64,000 nucleotides of DNA from Vulcanococcus sp. Clear-D1 (GCF_014654725.1 NZ_JACVZV010000010.1:10404-74403); one strand, 5' to 3'; counted from the first letter of the stretch, positions 37,948 through 47,134 are shown. Made by a program: numbers and translations. The notes: generated from the letters alone by a model not told the origin.

Positions 37948-38610
37948 ATGGCCCACTCGCCTGTGGCAGAGATGCCCGCCTCACCGCGCTGGAGCGGTCC
38001 ACAACGCCGCATTGGTCTCACCGGCGGCATTGCCAGCGGCAAAAGCACCGTGGCCCGCTGGCTAGCCGAGCAAGGGCTACCGGTGCTGGATGCGGATGTA
38101 TTTGCGCGGGAAACGCTGGCGCCGGGAAGCGCTGGGGCCAAGGCCGTGATCGATCGCTACGGCGAGGCGGCTCAAACAGCGGGGAGCGCACCAGCTGCAG
38201 CTGTGATCGATCGCGCTGCACTCGGGCGAATCGTGTTTCGCGATCCGCTGGAACGGCAATGGCTAGAGGACTTAGTGCATCCGCTGGTGCGCGAGCGATT
38301 CGACAGGGAGCTTGCAGCGCTCAAGGCAGCTCCGGCGGTGGCACTGGTCATCCCACTGCTCTTCGAGGCGGGCCTCGAAGGCATGTGCAGTGAGGTGTGG
38401 CTGGTGGACTGTGAAGCGGAACAGCAGCTGCAGCGCCTGATGGAACGCGATGGCCTCAGCGCCGAGGAGGCCCAGACCCGCATCGATGCTCAATGGCCAC
38501 TGCAGTGCAAACGTGCACTGGCAGATCGCTTGATCGACAACCGGAACAACGTCAAGGTGCTCAACAGTCAGCTCATGCAACTGCTCAACACACCGTTGGA
38601 GTACCTGTGA
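37948..38610 (+). CDS. coaE: dephospho-CoA kinase
   Basis: The P-loop is 'IGLTGGIASGKSTVARWL', followed by 'VLDADVFARE' and 'VIPLLFEAGLE'. The start is ambiguous between 37948 and 37972. Confidence 0.88.
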   Translation: MAHSPVAEMPASPRWSGPQRRIGLTGGIASGKSTVARWLAEQGLPVLDADVFARETLAPGSAGAKAVIDRYGEAAQTAGSAPAAAVIDRAALGRIVFRDPLERQWLEDLVHPLVRERFDRELAALKAAPAVALVIPLLFEAGLEGMCSEVWLVDCEAEQQLQRLMERDGLSAEEAQTRIDAQWPLQCKRALADRLIDNRNNVKVLNSQLMQLLNTPLEYL

Positions 38611-38621
38611 TCAACATCACA
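38606..38621. promoter_or_regulatory. perfect CRP-type palindrome TGTGA-N6-TCACA
   Basis: TGTGATCAACATCACA overlaps the coaE stop codon. Its centre is about 108 nt upstream of the ATG at 38722. Confidence 0.55.
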
Positions 38622-38679
38622 GCCAGCCTTGTGCCCAGTCATCAAGAGATCCTCTGATTTTGGCGAGGTTGTGTTCATC

Positions 38680-38697
38680 GAGAGGGGAACACCTCTC
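38680..38697 (+). promoter_or_regulatory. conserved hairpin or palindrome in the leader of the secreted-protein gene (copy 1)
   Basis: GAGAGG-GGAACA-CCTCTC is the element. The paralogous copy at 39661 carries a compensatory A>G / T>C double change that keeps the stem. Confidence 0.5.
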
Positions 38698-38721
38698 CAC
38701 ACTCCTCACCAAATAACCGTC

Positions 38722-39192
38722 ATGTCTGCTCTCTTCGCTCAAAAAACCATCACCGGTTACGCTGCTCTCGCCGTTGCGGCTGCTGGCACTGCCCTGCCTG
38801 GCTCTGATGCCAAGGCTGCTCCGCTGATCTTTGATTGCTACAGCCGCAGCACCAGCGATCTACTGGTGAAATCAGCCCTGGATCTGAGCAACGAAAATCT
38901 GGCTTGCGTTCAGAACGGTGTTGGCACTCCAGTCTCCTATGTGCCGGCCGCTCCTCAGCAGGTCTATGTGACTCCCGCACCCGCTCCTGCTCCGTCAGCT
39001 GGTTCCTCCTTCTTTGGCAGCATGCTCGGTGGCGCCATTGGCGGCGTGATCGGGAATGCCATCAACGGTGGCAACCGCACGACTGAAGTTCACCACCATC
39101 ACCAACAACGGCCAGCGGCTGAGGCGTCTCCAGCGAAGTCCCAGGTCGATATCTGCAGGATGAATCCCAAGCTCTGCATGATCGTGCGCTGA
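38722..39192 (+). CDS. secreted Gly-zipper / His-rich small protein, paralog 1 (156 aa)
   Basis: The signal peptide is 'MSALFAQKTITGYAALAVAAAGTALPGSDAKA'. The glycine zipper is 'GSMLGGAIGGVIGNAINGG', followed by 'EVHHHHQQ'. There are two Cys pairs. The start is set at the ATG shared with the paralog. Confidence 0.7.
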   Translation: MSALFAQKTITGYAALAVAAAGTALPGSDAKAAPLIFDCYSRSTSDLLVKSALDLSNENLACVQNGVGTPVSYVPAAPQQVYVTPAPAPAPSAGSSFFGSMLGGAIGGVIGNAINGGNRTTEVHHHHQQRPAAEASPAKSQVDICRMNPKLCMIVR

Positions 39193-39210
39193 TCCTCGGA
39201 AAGGTCATGA

Positions 39211-39245
39211 AGCCCTCGAGCCTTTGGCTCGAGGGCTTTGTGTTG
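39211..39245 (+). terminator. rho-independent terminator
   Basis: AGCCCTCGAGCC-TTT-GGCTCGAGGGCT is followed by TTGTGTT. It lies about 20 nt after the stop. Confidence 0.7.
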
Positions 39246-39586
39246 CTGGCGGGCTCATCGTTTGATGAGGGAGCCGTGGTCAAAACCAGTCAAGCGGAGT
39301 GCACTGAGCTGACGACGCCGAGAGGGTGGTGGTGCAGCCTGAGATGGTTGGAATGAAGAGATGGGTCCGCAGCGTGGCGGATCTCCCGGCCCAGCAGGGC
39401 TATGCGGCCTTGACGATCAATCCCGTCTGGTGAATGGCTCCCGACCCGAGGGCAGTGATGACGATGAAGGCTTGGCCTTAGGCCAAGAGCTTTGTGGCCA
39501 AGTCAGGGCTGAACCATGCCTCTCTGATGTGGCTGCGGCGGCGATCGAGATCCGTTGATGCCACGCATGCGCTATTCGGGGGGCGC

Positions 39587-39602
39587 TGTGAGCAAGATCA
39601 CA
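39587..39602. promoter_or_regulatory. perfect CRP-type palindrome TGTGA-N6-TCACA
   Basis: TGTGAGCAAGATCACA has its centre about 110 nt upstream of the ATG at 39705. This is the same geometry as the box at 38606. Confidence 0.55.
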
Positions 39603-39660
39603 GCTGCGAACGAGGTGGGTCAACAAGTCGGCCGTTGAACCGGGCGAGGGTGTGCACATC

Positions 39661-39678
39661 GGGAGGGGAACACCTCCC
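39661..39678 (+). promoter_or_regulatory. conserved hairpin or palindrome in the leader of the secreted-protein gene (copy 2)
   Basis: GGGAGG-GGAACA-CCTCCC is the element. Confidence 0.5.
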
Positions 39679-39704
39679 CCTCAACTCCTCACCCCTTAAC
39701 CGTC

Positions 39705-40421
39705 ATGTCTGCTCTCTTCGCTCAAAAAACCATCACCGGTTTCGCCGCTCTCGCCCTTGCCGCTGCCGGCACTGCCCTGCCTGGTTCTGATGCCAAGGCT
39801 GCTCCGCTGATCTTTGATTGCTACAGCCGCAGCACCAGCGACCTGCTGATGAAATCAGCCCTGGATCTGAGCAACGAAAACCTCGCCTGCGTTCAAAACG
39901 GCGTGGGCGCTCAGGTGTCGTATGTGCCGGCTGCTCCTCAGCAGGTGTATGTCACCCCAGCTCCTGCCCCTGCTCCTTCTGCTGGTGAGTCGTTTTTCGG
40001 CAGCATGCTTGGCGGCGCCATCGGCGGCGTGCTCGGCAATGCCATCAACGGTGGCAATCGGACCACCGAAGTGCATCACCACTACGACCGAGGCCAAGAC
40101 CAACTTCAAGACACCATGGATCGTGGTGGTGCGACCTCTGAGCCACAAAAGACCGCCAGGAATTTTCTCCCTCGCGGCATGCACGCCCATAACCCCGTTC
40201 AGCGCAAGTCGATTGCTCTCCCTGATGGCTTGAAGCCATCAGGAAAACTGACCCTGCCTGGGAACAAGAATCTCGAACGCCAGAGCAATCCTTCTGGCGC
40301 TTCCATTTCCAACAACCCCTCCAACTCCTCCAAGCCTTCTGGAGTCGTGTTGCCCGGTGGCACGAAGATTGGTGGCCTTAACCCTTCCCTGGGCAAGCTC
40401 GGCAGTCGTCTTCCGTTCTGA
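39705..40421 (+). CDS. secreted Gly-zipper / His-rich protein, paralog 2 (238 aa) with a divergent extended C-terminus
   Basis: The first 126 residues differ from paralog 1 at only 7 positions. After 'EVHHH' the sequence is unrelated and rich in Pro, Ser, Gly and Asn. Confidence 0.7.
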   Translation: MSALFAQKTITGFAALALAAAGTALPGSDAKAAPLIFDCYSRSTSDLLMKSALDLSNENLACVQNGVGAQVSYVPAAPQQVYVTPAPAPAPSAGESFFGSMLGGAIGGVLGNAINGGNRTTEVHHHYDRGQDQLQDTMDRGGATSEPQKTARNFLPRGMHAHNPVQRKSIALPDGLKPSGKLTLPGNKNLERQSNPSGASISNNPSNSSKPSGVVLPGGTKIGGLNPSLGKLGSRLPF

Positions 40422-40441
40422 TTCAGCGAGAGCTACTGATC

Positions 40442-40470
40442 CCCCAGGTCGTAACGACCTGGGGCTTTTG
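40442..40470 (+). terminator. rho-independent terminator
   Basis: CCCCAGGTCG-TAA-CGACCTGGGG is followed by CTTTTG. Confidence 0.7.
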
Positions 40471-40757
40471 ATTGGTTCGAGGCTGCGTCACCCAGAGAGA
40501 CAGTGAAACTGACCTTTGACAAGCAGACGCGAGCTAGGGATTGAGCCCATCACTCTCGGGAAGAACACCTCGTCCTCTATTGGCAATCTCGGCAACATTG
40601 CATTCCAGGAAGCGGAGATCTGGGAGGAGCCAAGCAGCCCATGCCTGGCATTGTGGATGGTCGACGGCCCTTCTGATGAACAGGACCACCCACGTTCTGC
40701 CCCTCATGACAAAAGCAAGAGGGGGTTGTATCCCGAAAGTCAGGTTGGATTCTGAGG

Positions 40758-42230
40758 TCAGCCCTTCAACTTCTGATTGAGGATCTGGTTGGCCAGCTTC
40801 GGATCGGCTTTGCCGCCGGTCTTCTTCATCAGCTGACCCACGAAGAAGCCCTGCAGCTTGGTTTTGCCGCCGCGGAAGGCCTCCACCTCTTCAGGATGGG
40901 CCGCCAGCAGCTCCTCCACGATCGCGGTGATCGCCGCCGGATCGCTGATCATGCCCAGGCCTTTGGCCTCCACGATCGCGGCCGGTGAACCACCCTTCTC
41001 CAGCAGCTCCGGCAGGATCTCCTTCGCGATCTTGCCGCTGATCTTGCCGCCGTCGATCAGTTGCACCATCTCCGCCAGCTGCTCGGGGCGGAAGGGCAGA
41101 TCGGCATAGGAAAGCCGGTTGGCATTCATATAGGCGGCGATGTCACCCGTGATCCAGTTAGCCAGGCCCTTGGCATCAGCGCCGGCGGCCACGGCAGCCT
41201 CGAAGTATTCGGCCATAGGGCGCTCATCGGTGAGCACGCGGGCGTCGTATTGCGACAGGCCCAGCTCCTCGGCATAGCGATTGCGCTTAGCGGCGGGCAG
41301 CTCGGGCAGCTCAGCACGCCAGCCTTCCCGGCGCTCCACGCTTACCTCGATCGGGCCGAGATCGGGGTCAGGGAAATAGCGGTAATCGCTGGCTCCTTCC
41401 TTGCCACGCATGCTCTTGGTGAGCTGCTTGCCCTCATCCCAGAGGCGCGTTTCCTGCACGACAGGCTCACCGGCCTCATAGGCCTTGATCTGGCGTTGGA
41501 TCTCGTATTCGCACGCCTTCTGGATCGCCGAGAAGGAGTTCATGTTTTTGATCTCCACCTTCGTGCCGAAGGGTGCGTCGGGCCCGCGGCGCACGGAGAT
41601 GTTCACGTCGCAGCGCAGGGAGCCTTCCTGCATGTTGCCGTCGCTCACGCCCAGATACCGCATGATGCGGCGAATTTCAGAGGCATATTCCGCGGCCTCA
41701 CGGCCGGTGCGGAGATCGGGCTTGCTCACGATCTCCGCGAGAGCCACACCGGCACGGTTGTAATCCACGAGGGAATGGGTGGACCCCGCTAAGCGATCGC
41801 TGCCGGCATGCACCAGCTTGCCGGCGTCCTCCTCCATGTGCAGGCGTTCGATGCCGATGCGCTTGAGGTAGGTATCTTTCCCTTTTTCCGCCACTTCCAC
41901 GTCGATCCAGCCGTCTTCGGCGATTGGTTCGTCGTATTGGGAGATCTGGTAGTTCTTCGGCAGATCGGGATAGAAATACTGCTTGCGATCAAACTTGCTG
42001 TGCTCAGCGATGTTGAGGTTGAGCGCCATCGCCGCCTTCACCGCATACTCGAGCACCTTCTGGTTGAGCACCGGCAGCGTGCCGGGCAACCCGCACACCA
42101 CCGGATCAATGTGGGTGTTGGGGTCGTCGCCGAAGGCCGTGGAGGCACTGGTGAAGATCTTGCTGTTGGTTCCCAGCTGAACGTGGGTCTCCAGGCCGAT
42201 CACGGCTTCCCAGGCGGCCTCAGCAGCCAT
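40758..42230 (-). CDS. gatB: Asp-tRNA(Asn)/Glu-tRNA(Gln) amidotransferase subunit B
   Basis: 'WEAVIGLETHVQLGTNSKIFTSAS..DPVVCGLPGTLPVLN' identifies a 490-aa protein starting at the ATG at 42228-42230. The upstream 409 codons of the 899-aa ORF run antisense through thiO and are rejected. Confidence 0.95.
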   Translation of the reverse strand: MAAEAAWEAVIGLETHVQLGTNSKIFTSASTAFGDDPNTHIDPVVCGLPGTLPVLNQKVLEYAVKAAMALNLNIAEHSKFDRKQYFYPDLPKNYQISQYDEPIAEDGWIDVEVAEKGKDTYLKRIGIERLHMEEDAGKLVHAGSDRLAGSTHSLVDYNRAGVALAEIVSKPDLRTGREAAEYASEIRRIMRYLGVSDGNMQEGSLRCDVNISVRRGPDAPFGTKVEIKNMNSFSAIQKACEYEIQRQIKAYEAGEPVVQETRLWDEGKQLTKSMRGKEGASDYRYFPDPDLGPIEVSVERREGWRAELPELPAAKRNRYAEELGLSQYDARVLTDERPMAEYFEAAVAAGADAKGLANWITGDIAAYMNANRLSYADLPFRPEQLAEMVQLIDGGKISGKIAKEILPELLEKGGSPAAIVEAKGLGMISDPAAITAIVEELLAAHPEEVEAFRGGKTKLQGFFVGQLMKKTGGKADPKLANQILNQKLKG

Positions 42231-42332
42231 GTGTGTTCTCCATGCGTGGGCCGATCCTATGGAAGGGCGCCAGTGGCCATCGGCGGGGCCGGGCTGAAAC
42301 ACTGAGGAGCTGTCTGCAGCTGTCCGCGAGCC

Positions 42333-43442
42333 ATGGCCGCCTCCAGCGAGTCGCCGGTGTTGGTCCTGGGCGGAGGGCTGATGGGCCTGGCGGTTGCTCA
42401 CCAACTGGCGCGCGCAGGCCAGGCCGTGGAAGTGCTCAGCCGGCGCCGCAGCGAAGCCGCGGGGTTCGTGGCCGCAGGGATGTTGGCGCCCCACGCGGAA
42501 GGGCTGAGCGGCGCCCTGCTGCAACTCGGCCAGCTCAGCCTGGAGCGGGTGCCGGCCTGGGTGGCCCAGATCGAAGCCGATAGCGGCCTCAGCTGCGGCC
42601 TGCGGCCCTGCGGAATCGTGGTGCCGTTCGCCACGGCTGCCGAACGGGATGTGTATCCCACCGCCGCCTGGGGGGAGGCCCTCACTCGCGAGGGGCTGGA
42701 GCGGGAGCTGCCGGGAATCGGGCCGGGTTGGCAGGCGGGCTTGCTGTTCCGCCAGGACGGGCAGATCGACAACCGCCGCCAGCTGATGCGCGCCCTGGAG
42801 CGGGCCTGCGTGGAACTGGGGGTGCGCTTCCAGGAGGGCGTGGAGGTGCTGGAGCTCCTGCAGGAGGGTGATCGCCTCAGGGGCGTGCGGGTGCGCGATG
42901 CCGCAGCCACGGTGCAAACCCTGGAGGCCGCCACCGCCGTGCTCTGCAGCGGCGCCTGGAGTGCCCAACTGCTGCCGCAGCTGCCCGTGTTCCCGGTGAA
43001 GGGGCAGATGCTTTCGCTGCAAGGGCCGCGCGAGGCACTGCAACGAGTGATCTTTGGCCCCGGCACCTATCTGGTGCCCAGGGAAGACGGGCTGCTGGTG
43101 GTGGGTGCCACCAGTGAACGGGAAGCCGGTTTCACCGAAGGGCTCACCCCCTTCGGCCAGCGGCAACTCCAGGCGGGGATCGAAGCGCTGCTGCCCGAAG
43201 CCAGCCAATGGCCACCGATGGAGCGCTGGTGGGGCTTCCGGCCCTGCACGCCTGATGAGGGGCCCCTGCTGGGGCCCAGTGCAGTCACCGGGCTGTGGCT
43301 GGCCACCGGGCATCACCGCAATGGCGTGCTGTTGGCCGCGATCACGGCAGAACTTCTGGGGGCCTGTCTGCAGCCGGGCGGTTGCTCTCCTGCTCAGCAA
43401 GCGCTGCTCAACAGCTTCCGCTGGGATCGCTTCAACGGCTAA
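42333..43442 (+). CDS. thiO: FAD-dependent glycine oxidase (thiamine biosynthesis)
   Basis: The dinucleotide fold is 'VLVLGGGLMGLAVAHQLARAG'. 'GMLAPHAE' and 'GHHRNGVLLA' are typical of ThiO/DAO-family enzymes. Confidence 0.8.
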   Translation: MAASSESPVLVLGGGLMGLAVAHQLARAGQAVEVLSRRRSEAAGFVAAGMLAPHAEGLSGALLQLGQLSLERVPAWVAQIEADSGLSCGLRPCGIVVPFATAAERDVYPTAAWGEALTREGLERELPGIGPGWQAGLLFRQDGQIDNRRQLMRALERACVELGVRFQEGVEVLELLQEGDRLRGVRVRDAAATVQTLEAATAVLCSGAWSAQLLPQLPVFPVKGQMLSLQGPREALQRVIFGPGTYLVPREDGLLVVGATSEREAGFTEGLTPFGQRQLQAGIEALLPEASQWPPMERWWGFRPCTPDEGPLLGPSAVTGLWLATGHHRNGVLLAAITAELLGACLQPGGCSPAQQALLNSFRWDRFNG

Positions 43443-43549
43443 CCCCGCCGCGGCCAACTGCTGCGCAACGGTTCACCTCAGCTGCCAACCCAGTCGCGGA
43501 ATCGTGTTCAGCATGGCTGCATCGCTGCTGAGCCGTTTCAACCTGCGCG

Positions 43550-43879
43550 ATGGAGCCGCTGCCCTTCCTCAACCTGCTGGCCCTGCTCTGCATGGGCCAT
43601 TTCCTGGGGGATTTCGGTCTGCAGAACGACCGCATGGCCCAGGAGAAATGCCCGGGTTGCTCAGGCGCGGTGTCGTGGCGCTGGTGGCTCACCGGCCATG
43701 GCGCCATCCATGGGCTGCTGGTGGGGCTGATCACCGGCCAACCGCTACTGGGCCTGGCGGAATGGGGCCTGCACACCCTGATCGATCTGGGCAAATGCCA
43801 GCGGCGCTACGGCATGGGTGCCGACCAGGGCCTGCATCTGCTCTGCAAGGGGATTTGGGCAGCGCTGGCGCTGGCCTGA
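43550..43879 (+). CDS. DUF3307-family small membrane protein
   Basis: 'LLCMGHFLGDFGLQNDRMAQEK' matches the HxxxDFxLQ signature. There are 3 predicted TM helices. Confidence 0.6.
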   Translation: MEPLPFLNLLALLCMGHFLGDFGLQNDRMAQEKCPGCSGAVSWRWWLTGHGAIHGLLVGLITGQPLLGLAEWGLHTLIDLGKCQRRYGMGADQGLHLLCKGIWAALALA

Positions 43880-43913
43880 GCTGGACAGCGCTGCCCGGAG
43901 GCGATCCGAAGGA

Positions 43914-44369
43914 TCAGCCCTCCACGCGCCAGGTCTGATCGGCGGGGGTCCAGTCGCTCAGCTCGGAGGGCTGGAACCAGAGGCCGATTTCGAACTGGGC
44001 GGTTTCGGGAGCGTCGGAACCGTGGATCACGTTGCGGCCGATGTTCACGGCCAGGTCGCCACGAATGGTGCCGGGCTCAGCCTCGAGGGGCTTGGTGGCA
44101 CCGATCAGTTTGCGGGCGCTGGCGATCACGCCGTCGCCTTCCCACACCATCGCCACCACGGGGCCGGAGGTGATGAAGTCGACCAGGCCAGCAAAGAAGG
44201 GACGTTCGCGGTGCACGCCGTAGTGGCTCTCGGCCAGTTCACGGCTGGGGGTGAGCTGCTTGAGGCCCACCAGCTTGAAACCCTTGCGCTCGAAGCGGCC
44301 GAGGATCTCGCCCACCAGGCCGCGCTGCACGCCATCGGGCTTGATGGCAACAAAAGTGCGTTCGGCCAT
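43914..44369 (-). CDS. ndk: nucleoside diphosphate kinase
   Basis: '[37 protein letters not shown]' and 'NVIHGSDA' identify it. Confidence 0.97.
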   Translation of the reverse strand: MAERTFVAIKPDGVQRGLVGEILGRFERKGFKLVGLKQLTPSRELAESHYGVHRERPFFAGLVDFITSGPVVAMVWEGDGVIASARKLIGATKPLEAEPGTIRGDLAVNIGRNVIHGSDAPETAQFEIGLWFQPSELSDWTPADQTWRVEG

Positions 44370-44497
44370 GGAAGAGAAAACGTCAGATCCGGCCCATCGT
44401 CCGCGGCGGGGCTGCCGCTTGGCAAGCACAGCGCCACAACAACGCCATGCATCGATCCGCCCTTTTGAGAGCCAGCAGCCATCCAGGCATTTCTGAC

Positions 44498-44515
44498 CCT
44501 AGTTATGTGACTAGG
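44498..44515. promoter_or_regulatory. inverted repeat CCTAGT-N6-ACTAGG upstream of the antitoxin gene (putative operator)
   Basis: It is a perfect 6-bp-arm palindrome that ends 18 nt before the antitoxin ATG at 44533. Confidence 0.45.
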
Positions 44516-44532
44516 CTCAAGCTCTACCGACG

Positions 44533-44790
44533 ATGACCATGGCCACCGCTCCCCGTCAGGTCTCCAAGTCGCAATTCAAGGCCCAGGCTCTGGCCCTCTT
44601 CCGCGAGATCGAAACCAGTGGGGAACCTCTGGTGATCACGGATCACGGCCGACCGGCCCTCGAAGTCCGTCCCTATCGGCCCCAGCAGAGCGATGCAACC
44701 GATCCTCTGGAGGCACTGCGCGGGTCGGTGACCCACTACGACCAACCGTTTGAACCCATTGCCGAAGCTGACTGGGAGGCCCTGGCGTGA
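44533..44790 (+). CDS. type II antitoxin, Phd/YefM family
   Basis: 'VSKSQFKAQALALFREIETSGEPLVITDHGRPALEVRPY' identifies it. The stop overlaps the toxin start (GTGA). Confidence 0.8.
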   Translation: MTMATAPRQVSKSQFKAQALALFREIETSGEPLVITDHGRPALEVRPYRPQQSDATDPLEALRGSVTHYDQPFEPIAEADWEALA

Positions 44791-45179
44791 TCCTGCTCGA
44801 CACGCACGTGTTGATCTGGTGGGCCAACGGTGAGCAGGACAGGCTCTCCAATACAGCGATCGCGGCGATCGAAGCGGAGGAACAGCAACGCCTGGTGTCG
44901 GCCATCAGCTGCTGGGAAGTGGCGATGCTGGTGGATCGAGGGCGACTCGGCCTGAGCGTCGACGTTGAACGCTGGCTCCACTTGGTGGCATCGATACCCA
45001 GGCTGCAGCTGCTGCCCCTGAGCCCCACGGTCGCCGTGGCCTCCACCCGACTCCCCGGCACCTTCCATGCCGACCCCGCCGATCGGTTCCTCGTGGCGCA
45101 GGCCCGCGATCTGAACATCCCCCTGGTGACGGCAGACTCCAAAATCAGGGCCTACCCGCACGTCCGCAGCCTGTGGTGA
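44787..45179 (+). CDS. vapC: PIN-domain ribonuclease toxin (VapC-like)
   Basis: 'ILLDTHVLIWW' carries the first acidic residue. 'SAISCWEVAML', 'HADPADRFLVAQA' and 'LVTADSKI' follow. Confidence 0.85.
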   Translation: MILLDTHVLIWWANGEQDRLSNTAIAAIEAEEQQRLVSAISCWEVAMLVDRGRLGLSVDVERWLHLVASIPRLQLLPLSPTVAVASTRLPGTFHADPADRFLVAQARDLNIPLVTADSKIRAYPHVRSLW

Positions 45180-47125
45180 TCGCCCCCTCCGCCATCGCAG
45201 GCCAGCAGCAGGGCTGGACCCCCGCCGCCAGCGCCGAGCTCTACGGCCTCAGCCGCTGGGGAGAGCCCTACTTCTCTGTGAATGCCCGCGGGCACATCAG
45301 CGTGCAGCCCCAGGGCGATCGGGGCGGCAGCCTCGATCTGATGGAGCTCGTGCAGGGGCTGGAGGGCCGCAACCTGGGCCTGCCGCTGCTGATCCGCTTC
45401 GACGACATCCTCGAAGACCGGCTTGAGCGCCTGCACGCCGCTTTTGAGCGCGCCATTGCTCAATACGGCTACGCCGGCCGCTATCAGGGCGTGTTCCCGG
45501 TGAAGTGCAACCAGCAGCGCCACGTGGTGGAGGAGCTGGTGAGCTGCGGGCGCCGCTGGCATTTCGGTCTGGAAGCCGGCAGCAAGGCCGAGCTCCTGAT
45601 CGCCCTCTCGTTGATCGACGACCCTGAGGCGCTGTTGATCTGCAACGGCTACAAAGACCAGCGCTACATCGAAACGGCGATCCTGGCCCGCCGCCTTGGC
45701 CGCCAGCCCGTGGTGGTGATCGAGCAGGCCGATGAGGTGGAGCGCATCATCAGCGCAAGCCGCGCCCTTGGGGCCGCCCCCTTCATCGGCGTGCGCGCCA
45801 AGCTCTCCAGCCGCAGCACCGGCCGCTGGGGCAGCTCCGTGGGCGACAAGGCCAAGTTCGGCCTCTCGATTCCGGATCTGCTCGCCACCGTGGAGGCGCT
45901 GCGCCAGGCCGACCTGCTGGGGGATCTGCGCCTGCTCCACTTCCACGTGGGCAGCCAGATCAACGACATTGCCGTGCTCAAGGACGCGCTGCAGGAAGCC
46001 GGCCAGATCTATGTGGAGCTCACCAAACAGGGGGCCCCGATGGGCTTCCTCGATGTGGGCGGCGGATTAGGGATCGACTACGACGGCAGCCGCACCGCCA
46101 CGGCGGCCTCCACCAACTACTCCCTGCAGAACTACGCCAACGACGTGGTGGCCACGGTGCGCGAGTGCTGCGAACCCCATGGGGTGGCGGTGCCCACCCT
46201 GGTGAGCGAAAGCGGCCGCGCCATCGCCAGCCACTTCTCGGTGTTGCTGTTCAACGTGCTGGGCACCGCAGCCATGCCAGGCGCTGTGCCTGCCGAGGAG
46301 GAGAGCGAACCCCTCACGGTTCGCAACCTGCGGGAGACGTTGAAGGGGATCACCGCGACAGCCCCCGAAGAGGAGGGCGTGCTCTCACGCCTACAGGAGG
46401 CCTGGAACGACGCGATCAAGTTCAAAGACGACGCGCTCGCGGCCTTCCGCTTGGGCTACATCTCGCTGCCGCAACGGGCCATGGCCGAACAGCTCACCTG
46501 GGCCTGCGCTGAAGCGATCGTGGCACGTCTGCCCCGCGGCAGCGGCATCCCCGACGACCTGCGCCAACTGCGGGCCGCCATGGCCGGCACCTACTACGCC
46601 AATCTCTCGGTGTTCCGCTCCGCCCCCGACACCTGGGCGATCGAGCAGCTTTTCCCGCTGATGCCGATCCACCGGCTGGATGAGGAGCCGACGGAGCTGG
46701 GCCATTTCGCCGACCTCACCTGCGATTCCGACGGCAAGCTCGCCCGCTTCATCGGCGATGGCCAGGCCAAGCCCCTGCTGGAGCTGCATGCCCTGAGGCC
46801 CGGGGAGCCGTATCTGATCGGGATGTTCCTGGGGGGCGCCTATCAGGAGGTGATGGGCAACCTGCACAACCTGTTCGGCAGCACCAATGCGGTGCACATC
46901 CGCCTCGCCCCCGGTGGCGGCTATCAGCTCGATCACGTGGTGCGCGGCAACACCAACGCCCAGGTGCTGGAAGCGATGGAGCACGATCCGGAGCTGCTGC
47001 TGGAACGGCTGCGGGTGGCCAGCGAAGCCGCCATTCAGCGCGGTCAGCTGAAGATCAGCGAAGCCCGCCGGCTGATGGATCACCTGGAAACCAGCTTGCG
47101 GCAAACCACCTATCTGCAGGAGTGA
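45173..47125 (+). CDS. speA: biosynthetic arginine decarboxylase
   Basis: 'LYGLSRWGEPYFSVNARGHISV', 'YQGVFPVKCNQQRHVVEEL' and 'HFHVGSQI' identify it. The GTG start overlaps the vapC stop. Confidence 0.93.
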   Translation: MVIAPSAIAGQQQGWTPAASAELYGLSRWGEPYFSVNARGHISVQPQGDRGGSLDLMELVQGLEGRNLGLPLLIRFDDILEDRLERLHAAFERAIAQYGYAGRYQGVFPVKCNQQRHVVEELVSCGRRWHFGLEAGSKAELLIALSLIDDPEALLICNGYKDQRYIETAILARRLGRQPVVVIEQADEVERIISASRALGAAPFIGVRAKLSSRSTGRWGSSVGDKAKFGLSIPDLLATVEALRQADLLGDLRLLHFHVGSQINDIAVLKDALQEAGQIYVELTKQGAPMGFLDVGGGLGIDYDGSRTATAASTNYSLQNYANDVVATVRECCEPHGVAVPTLVSESGRAIASHFSVLLFNVLGTAAMPGAVPAEEESEPLTVRNLRETLKGITATAPEEEGVLSRLQEAWNDAIKFKDDALAAFRLGYISLPQRAMAEQLTWACAEAIVARLPRGSGIPDDLRQLRAAMAGTYYANLSVFRSAPDTWAIEQLFPLMPIHRLDEEPTELGHFADLTCDSDGKLARFIGDGQAKPLLELHALRPGEPYLIGMFLGGAYQEVMGNLHNLFGSTNAVHIRLAPGGGYQLDHVVRGNTNAQVLEAMEHDPELLLERLRVASEAAIQRGQLKISEARRLMDHLETSLRQTTYLQE

Positions 47126-47134
47126 GCCACGGGC

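Noticed and set aside
38698-38712. The ACTCCTCAC motif as evidence for a Yfr1-type sRNA gene
   Set aside because: The motif is on the sense strand of an mRNA leader. No terminator hairpin follows it before the ORF. It matches only 9 of the 11 conserved Yfr1 positions as I recall them. It is kept only as a side remark in the duplication finding.
42231-43457. The N-terminal 409 codons of the 899-aa minus-strand ORF that ends as gatB
   Set aside because: GatB homology starts at 'MAAEAAWEAVIGLETH' (ATG 42228-42230), giving a normal 490-aa protein. The upstream part runs antisense through thiO and is low-complexity.
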